A DNA stretch of 64,000 nt from the human T2T-CHM13v2.0 reference genome, Homo sapiens. The notes beneath the pieces are model-generated. The model saw only the letters and a program-made list of their open reading frames with translations. It was not told the origin of the DNA and did no database searches. This document shows positions 54,190 through 64,000 of this stretch, piece after piece; positions within the stretch are counted from its first letter, which is position 1, and every line of letters starts with the position of its first letter. The stretch lies in assembly GCF_009914755.1 (NCBI RefSeq), contig NC_060935.1, one strand, 5' to 3'. The position numbers were made by a program, and so were the translations under genes.

Positions 54190-55410
54190 TTAAAAAATAA
54201 AATAAAATAAAATAAAATTGGCTTCTTTCACTTAGTAGTATGCATTTAAGTTTCCTTTATGTATTGCCTTATACAGATGTACCACAGATCTTGACCACCT
54301 CGCTTCAAATCCTGTTTTGGCTAAGTGATGCAATCTTGTGCTGTTTACTTAACCTCTCACCAGTTTCCTTATGACCATACTAACAGCATCTTTTTCTCAA
54401 GGTTTTGGGGAAGGATTAAATAAAAATACATGAAATGTGTCTGGCATATGGTAAATCATAAATGCTGACTGTAATTACTAATTATGCAAGACTATCTTTG
54501 TAGCACAACATAACTAACCCTAAGAGGACCGACATGTCTTTCTTGAGGGCATTAGACGTACCGTAGAAAAACCTGGAAATACTGGGACTTTATATGAGGT
54601 AAAAATAATATAATGAATGGATGCCAGCTTTTATTGAGTGTTAAGCACTTTCACAAATATTGATTTTTTGTCATAATCCCACTTGTTCTACCACCCCTTT
54701 TACAGGTAGAGAAACTGAGATTCATGAATAAAGTAACTTGCAAAGGTGAAGCTAACACTCAAACACAGATATGAATAGGGCTATAGTCCGATATTACTTG
54801 TGCCTTGGAGCCATTTTTAAAACAACAACAAACAATTCGAGGTGCTGGGTGCAATGTCTCACGCCTGTAATCCCAGAATTTTGGGAGGCTGAGGTGGGCA
54901 GATCACTCAAGCTCAGCCTGGGCAACATGGTGAAACCCCATCTATACCAAAAATACAAATCATTAGCCGGGTGTGGTAGCTCACGCCTGTAGTCCCAGCT
55001 ACTCAGGAGGCTGGGGGAGGCTCTCTTGAGCCTGGGAGCTGGAGGCAGCAGTGAGCCGAGCTCATGCCACTGCACTCCAGCCTGGGCAACAGAGTGAGAC
55101 CTCGTCTCAAAACAAGCAAAACAATTCAAATAGTTAAGTTAGGAGTCGAGATGTATTATATTTTCTGTCATCAAAATTAAACCAAATGTCACACAAACCC
55201 TTCTGTTTCACAACTGATTATCATGCTTTGCACTTCACAGAGAAAATGCAGGCTCCCAAAGTGCTGGGACCACAGGCCTGAGCCACCATGCCTGGCCAGA
55301 CACAGACTTCTTTCTCCTCCTTTGTATATTGTTTCTGTTATTACCTTTTGCCCTAAGGTGGCTGCTAGAGCTTCTAGAATTCCCTAGAATTTGTAATAAC
55401 TTAAAATTCA

Positions 55411-55563
<153 letters not shown>

Positions 55564-55628
55564 TCAGGCCTGTAATCCCATCACTTTGGGAGATGGAGGA
55601 GGGCGGATCACCTGAGGTCAGGAGTTCA

Positions 55629-56027
<399 letters not shown>

Positions 56028-56073
56028 TTAAATTTAAAAAAATTTGTCTAATTACACTTAATGAACTCTAATA

Positions 56074-56323
56074 CAGGTTGAATAGCCCTTATCCGAAATG
56101 CTTGGGACCAGAAGAGTTTCAGATTTCTGATTTTTATTTTTTGGATTTTGGAATATTTCCATTATATATAGAGTGCTTACTGGTTCAGCATCCCTAATCT
56201 GAAAATTCTAAACCTGAAATGCTCCAATGAGCATTTCTTTTGAGCATCATGTCAGCACTCAAAAATTTTCAGATTTTGGAGTATTTTGGATTTCAGATTT
56301 TCAGATTAGAGATGCTCAACCTG
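56074..56323. mobile_element. Tigger4/MER46-type non-autonomous element
   Basis: TA|CAGGTTGA...TCAACCTG|TA terminal inverted repeats with TA TSD; 250 bp. Confidence 0.85.
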
Positions 56324-57394
56324 TACCAAATGATTGAAAAAGTCCTTCATAATAATTGGGATTAGGTTTATTTGGAAGTAACAGAGGCCCAATTTACATT
56401 GGTTTAAACCCATAATAGTTTATTCTCACACAGGAAAGAAATCCCAGGATAGGAAGCTCAAGGTTGGAATGGTGGCTCAATGAAGTCTTCAGAGACATAG
56501 ACTTTTTTTTTTTTTTTTTGAGCCAGGGTCTCACTCTGTTGCTCAGGCTGGAGTGCAGTGGTTCAATCTTGGCTCACTGCAGCCTCGACCTCCCAGTCTC
56601 AAGGGATCCTCCACCTCAGCCTCATGGCTATTCTTTTTTTTTTTTTTTGGTATTTTTAGTAGAGATGGGGTCTTGCTATGTTTCCCAGGCTTGTCCTGAA
56701 CTCCTGGACTCCAGTGATCCACCTGCTTTGGCCTCCCAAAGTGCTGGGACTATCGGCCTGAGCCACCTTGCCCCGCCAGACACAGACTTCTTTCTCTCCA
56801 TTGTATGTTGTTTCTGTTATTACCTTTTGCCCCAGGGTGGCTGCTAGAGCTTCAGTCATTACATCTGCATTTGAAGCAGCAAGAAGAGGGAAGTAAGGAG
56901 GACAAAAGTGTAGTGCCTTCCCCTTAGGGAGAATTTTTGGAAGTCACACACGACATGTCTACTTATTCTCTGTGGGATAGAGAAATGATGGAAAATGATT
57001 GTAATCAGGCTTTCTTTGTCTACCGCTCACTCACTGCAATCTTGGACACATGTACATGTTCTCTCTCTCTTATTTTCTTCCTTCCTTCAAACACAAACCT
57101 ATTACATTTTAACTGAATTAACTCTTTAAAGAACCTATTTTCAAATAGAGTGACATTCTGAGGTACAGGGGTTAGGACTTCAGTATAAGAGTTTTGGGGG
57201 TGGACACAATTTAGCCCATAACATACAGAGGATACATATGATATGTGAAAGTTACAAAGCACAATAGTCAAACCAATACTGCTCAAGGCACCACTCAACA
57301 TAAGAAATACAAAATGACCAGTTTTCTACATCCTATCCCAATACCATGCCCCTAAACACTTCCAAAAGTAACTCGTCTTAAATGTATTTTTTCC

Positions 57395-58330
57395 CAACTT
57401 TCATTTTGGATTCAGAGGGTACATGTGCAGGTTTGTTACAAGTGTATTGTGTGATGTTGAGGTCTGAGGTATAGATGATCCTGTCACCCAGGTAGTGAGC
57501 ATAGTATCCAATGGTTTTTCAACCCATGTCCACCCCTCCCCCAACTTTTGGAAGTCCCCAGTGTCTATTGTTCCAATTTTATGCCCATGTGTACTCATTG
57601 TTTAGCTCCTACTTATAAGTGAGAACATGCAGTATTTGGTTTTCTGTTTCTGCATTAACTCACTTAGGACAATGGCCTCTAGATGCATCCATGTTCCTGC
57701 AAAGGATATCATATTGCTCTTTTTTATGGCTGTGTAGTATTCTATGATGTATATGTACCACATTTTATTTATCCAGTCTACCATTGTTGATGGGCACCTA
57801 GGTTGATTCTATGCCTTTGCTATTGTGAATAGTGCTGAGATGAACATATGTGTGCATGTATCATTTTGATGTCGATTCCGCATGCAGAGCAGTCGAGTTG
57901 CCCTACGTGTGCCACTCACGACAGAAGCCCTTTTTTGCATGTATCATTTTGGTAGAATGATTTATATTCCTTTGGGTATATACCCAGTAATGGAATTGCT
58001 GGGTCAGATGGTAGTTCTGTTTTAAGTTCTTTGAGAAATCTCCAAACTGCATTCCACAGTGGCTGAACTAATTTGCATTCCCACCAGCAGGGTACAAGCA
58101 TTCCACAGCCTCGCCAGCATCTGATATTTTTTTTCACTTTTTAATAATAGTTATTGTGACTGGTGTGAGATGGTACCTCATTGTGGTTTTGATTTGCATT
58201 TCTCTGATGATTAGTGATGATGAGCATTTTTTCATGTTTGTTGGCCATTTTTCTGTCTTGTTTTGAGAAGTATCTGTTCATGTCCTTTGCCCATTTTTAA
58301 ATTGGAATATTTGTTTTTTGCTTGTTGCTA
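57395..58330 (-). mobile_element. L1 3'-end fragment, host of the U11 retrocopy
   Basis: L1 3'UTR motifs and ORF2 C-terminal peptide WWECKLVQPLW..VWRFLKEL..ELP.DPAIPLLGIYPK. Confidence 0.92.
57866..57935 (-). pseudogene. 3'-truncated U11 snRNA retropseudogene (about nt 1-70), no poly(A) tail, 16-bp TSD
   Basis: Minus strand reads AAAAAGGGCTTCTGTCGTGAGTGGCACACGTAGGGCAACTCGACTGCTCTGCATGCGGAATCGACATCAA, which I recognise as the U11 5' half; TGCATGTATCATTTTG repeated at 57853-57868 and 57936-57951. Confidence 0.9.
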
Positions 58331-59060
58331 AATCTATGTTTAAAAAAATTGTTCCCTCAGTCGATTTGCCTTTTAAAGGCCCAGATTCATCCTGTAGACC
58401 AGTGATAATATGAGGCTCTCTGATAAGTGCTCCCTTTTTTTATTTCCATCTCCATACAGCAGAGTGATTTTTAAAAGTATAAGTCATATGACGTTTTGTG
58501 TTTTTTACTTAAAACTCTGCAAAGATTTCCCATTGCAATAAGAATAAATCCCTTCAAGACCATGTGTGGTTACTCTCTGCCCCACTCCATTAACTCTAAC
58601 AACATTGACTTTCTGTGGTTCCTTGAACTCAAACTCATTTTCATCTCAGGGGCTTGGCTACCTTCTTTATTTTGCTTAGGATGCTCTTCCTAGACCTTTG
58701 CACATCTGTCTCTTCTCATTATTCAGATGTCTGCTTGAATGTCACCTGCTTATCAAGGACTTCCTTGCTACTCTGTCTACAGTACAAGTACATCTCCCCC
58801 ACTCAAATCACTTTGTTCTTTTCTTAGCACTTATCATTGTAAGTATCCCCCTCAGAATGCAAACTGCATCAGAATACGGGTTTAGTTTGTCTTTGTCACC
58901 ACTGTATCTGGAGTAATGTGGGACATACAAGACCTTAACTGATTTATATTATCAAATTGTTCCTGACCTAGGGGTTGTTGTGATAAAATGAGTGACAATG
59001 TATTTTGAAATGAGTCTTGTAAACACAGACTAATTTATTACATCAAGCTCTATTCTCTGA

Positions 59061-59573
<513 letters not shown>

Positions 59574-59581
59574 TGAGATAG

Positions 59582-59734
<153 letters not shown>

Positions 59735-59775
59735 TAGAGATGGGGGTCTCACTATGTTGCCCAGGCTGGTCTTGA

Positions 59776-60113
<338 letters not shown>

Positions 60114-62110
60114 TGATCTGCCCACCTCAGTCTCCCAAAGTGCTGGGTTACCCATATGAGACACTGTGCCCAGCCTTGAATTTTAAGTTGGGATTACAGG
60201 TGCTGGGATTACTGGTGTGAGCCACTGTGCCTGGCCAGCTTTGTTTCTCAATAACAAAACTATTTCATGACCAGGTATTTGTTGGATGTCTGCTAGGTGT
60301 TGACTCTGTGCTGGGCTTTGTGGTACAGCCATGAACAAGACAGACTATTTCTGTATTTGTGAAGCTCCCATATTAATGCAGTGAATTTATGAAAAAAACA
60401 ATTGCTGTGACAATATATCTAATGTAAAAAATACCTTTCAAAATACTGGGAATGAGGAAGAGTGGAAGCAAGGAGCTCTTTTTTTTCCCTCCCTAGATGA
60501 TGTTTAAATAAAAAAGACCATAGAGATGCCTGACAGTTGCATTGCTGTGACTCTGATCCTTATATATTGCAATTGGTTCTGATAATTACAACCTGAATTG
60601 CTCCCTTTTTGACATTACTGAGAGGCAATTGTCTAATCTGCTTACTGCAAATGAAGGCATTAAAATCCAATCAGAAGAGTTTGCAGATGCAATGTTAAAG
60701 CCTCACAGCTTTTCAGCTGCTCCTCTGAAGCTTGGGTCCAGGAATAGGAGCCTTCTTGCAGCCAAGACACTAGAAATGGAGCTCAAAACTTAAGGTTTAA
60801 ATCCCAGTTTTAGACCTTACCAGCTGGAAGGTCTTGCTGATCTAGTTTTGGTACTGTACAATTATAGTTGCCCATCCTACTTCAAAAGGTTATAGAGAAG
60901 ACTGAATTGGAACACGAATGTGTTCTTTGTACACTATAAAATAACTATGGAAATGTGACATTGTGGGTTTACCTTTGTTACTGTTAGATGAACAACAGTA
61001 ACTGAAAAAAAGTATTTGAAGATTGAATCCTATTAACAGGAGAACAATCAGATAAATGATGGCATAATGGCACACAGTGGAATACTATACAACTATGAAA
61101 AAGAACAGGGGACCAGGTACAATGTCTCATGCCTGTAATCCCAGCACTTTGAGAGGCCAGGTTGGGAGGACTGAATGAGCCCAGGAGTTTGAGACCAGCC
61201 TGGGCAACAAGCAAGACCTTGTCTCTGCAAAAAATAAAATAATTAGTCAGGCATGGTGGTGCACACCTTTTTTCCCAGCTATTCAGGAGGCTGAGATGGA
61301 GGTTGGGGGTCTAGTGAGACATGATCACACCACTGCACTCCAGATTGGACAACGGAGCAAGACCCTGTATCAAAAAGAAAAGAACAGGGTAGCTCTCTAT
61401 ATACCAACACAGAAAGATGCCCATGATCTATTAAGAGAGAAAACAGTAAAACTATAATTCTATCTATGTATGCATGTGCATGCAGACATCACTTGGGGAA
61501 CAATACACTAAACTGTTAGCAGTGTTTTTTCTGGGGGTTCAAATCTGAGAAAACTTCCTTTTGTTAGTTATATGCAGATTTGTTTCTCATTTGCTAGATT
61601 AGTGCAATCTAAGCAATTTAAGAAATTTTATATTCACAACTGGCAAAGTACTCGTGTCACTGATTACCTAGCTCCCTGCTAGATATTTCACAGATCTCAA
61701 GTCTGATTTTGGTTAATATTGCTTTGGGGAACGAACTTGGCTGAACTGGGAGCTTGGAGAGTCATGCTGAATAATAAACAAGCTCCTCAGAACAGCCTTA
61801 CATGCAACATTTGCAAAATAAGAAGCAAAGCAGAGGCTGTCATGAGACCTGCAATCTATTCACAACTGTGCTTCTGATGCAAGAAGGAAGAAGGTAAAAA
61901 TGCTATTAGGTGATTTTAGGATACTGATTTCCCAGACTAAGACTTATTTCCTAAAAACCCAAATACTAAGTTCTCAGGGACCACAATATTAAATGTATTT
62001 AAGCACAGCTGGGAGGGGAGGAAAAATATAAGACCCCTTCAGTCTTCCCAGTTCTGCTTCTCACACAATGAACTTCACAGCCCCCCAAAAGTAGATGGCT
62101 GTCAAATTCA

Positions 62111-62251
<141 letters not shown>

Positions 62252-62254
62252 TTA

Positions 62255-62564
62255 GCCGGGCGCGGTGGCGGGCGCCTGTAGTCCCAGCACTTTGGGAGGC
62301 CGAGGCGGGTGGATCATGAGGTCAGGAGATCGAGACCATCCTGGCTAACAAGGTGAAACCCCGTCTCTACTAAAAATACAAAAAATTAGCCGGGCGCGGT
62401 GGCGGGCGCCTGTAGTCCCAGCTACTGGGGAGGCTGAGGCAGGAGAATGGCGTTGAACCCGGGAAGCAGAGCTTGCAGTGAGCCGAGATTGCGCCACTGC
62501 AGTCCGCAGTCCAGCCTGGGCGACAGAGCGAGACTCCGTCTCAAAAAAAAAAAAAAAAAAAAAA
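62255..62564 (+). mobile_element. AluYb8 (human-specific) inserted in the central linker of an older Alu spanning about 62118-62738
   Basis: Diagnostic 7-bp duplication GCAGTCC-GCAGTCC (62499-62512), CTGGCTAACAAGGTG, GGATCATGAG, long pure A tail, TSD AAAAATGCAAAAA. Confidence 0.92.
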
Positions 62565-62580
62565 AAAAATGCAAAAATTA

Positions 62581-62772
<192 letters not shown>

Positions 62773-63500
62773 TTAGCAGGGCAACTTGGGCAATTTAACA
62801 GCCACAGTTTGGAAAAAATGCAATTTAGTGTAAATGTGGAAGCTGTATTTGGGATTTGTTAAAGTGGTTCTTTGATCCCACACTTGGTATATCACCTTAA
62901 ATGTTCATAGCAGAGGTCAGGTGCGGTGGCTCAGGCCTGTAATCCCAGCACTTTGGGAGGCTGAGGCGGGCAGATCACAAGGTCAGGAAATCGAGAACAT
63001 CCTGGCCAACATGGCGAAACCCCGTCTATACTAAAAATACAAAATTAGTTGGGCATGGTGGCGCATGCCTCAGGAGGCTGGGGCAGGAGAATCGCTTGAA
63101 CCCAGGGGGTGGAGGTTGTGGTGAGCTGAGATTATGCATCGCACTCCAGCCTAGGCAACAAGAGTGAAACTCTGTCTAAAAAAAACAAAAACAAAAAACA
63201 AAAACTGCTCATCACTGGTCATTAGATAAATGCGAATCAAAATTACAATGAGATACCATCTCACGCCAGTCAGAATGGTGATCATTAAAAAGTTAGGACT
63301 TATTTTTTCACTAGAAATAACTACTATGTTTAGCAGCTTTAAGATAATATCCCCCTTTTAAGGTTATAATACACGCTGATTGAAGACAAATTGGGAAAAT
63401 ATGAAAAAGCAGGAACAATCACCTAAACACAAAATCCTCCACAGCCCTTTCCCTTAAAGGCAACCACTATTTGGTCATTTTTGATTTCACTCTTCTTGCC

Positions 63501-63785
63501 TACATATATATCTATATATATATATCTATATATATATCTATATATATCTATATATATATCTATATATATCTATATATATCTATATATATATATATCTATA
63601 TATATCTATATATATATCTATATATATATATCTATATATATCTATATATATCTATATATCATATATATAGATATATATCTATATATATCTATATATATAT
63701 CTATATATATCTATATATATATCTATATATATATCTAGACATATATATGTAAAATATCTATATCTGTATCTGTCTATATATGTAT
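63501..63785. repeat. Interrupted (TA)n/(TATC) low-complexity array at an Alu tail
   Basis: Read directly; source of the YIYI ORFs. Confidence 0.95.
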
Positions 63786-64000
63786 TTTGAGACGGGGTAT
63801 CACTCTGTTGCCCAAGCTGGAGGTCAGTGGCACAATCTTGGCTCACTGCAACCTCCACCTCCTGGGTTCAAGCAATTATCCAGCCTCAGCCTCCCTAGTA
63901 GCTGAGATTAAAGGTGCGCACCACCACGCCCAGCTAATTTTTGTATTTTTAGTAGAGGCGAGGTTTTGCCATATTGGCTAGGCTGGTCTCGAACTCCTGA

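Overview
Human genomic DNA, shown by an AluYb8, an SVA and a recognisable protein; from recall the locus is 11q12.1. The window holds the complete OSBP gene (oxysterol-binding protein 1) on the minus strand. I traced 14 coding exons by hand, all with GT-AG boundaries, and they sum to 2424 nt (807 aa plus TGA): ATG at 46587, stop at 7496-7498, a 3'UTR of about 2.2 kb ending near 5320, and a CpG-island, CCAAT-rich promoter at about 46000-47500. The MIR3162 hairpin lies in intron 7. The rest is repeat-dense: roughly 50 Alus, L1 fragments, a 5'-truncated SVA nested in an L1, an LTR and several DNA transposons. Almost all non-OSBP ORFs in the supplied track are repeat or microsatellite artefacts. 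I found no new multi-gene system. The most notable observations are: (1) a young, tail-less, 3'-truncated retrocopy of minor-spliceosome U11 snRNA with a perfect 16-bp target-site duplication inside an old L1 (57853-57951); (2) the exon 8/9 junction in the EQVSHHPP signature recreates a consensus donor, CAG|GTGAGT, a candidate re-splicing site; (3) a chimeric AluYb8 nested in an older Alu; (4) several templated local duplications and fold-backs; (5) a promoter with 12 CCAAT boxes plus an overlapping UPRE/GASE motif. Repeat boundaries and subfamily calls are by eye and approximate.
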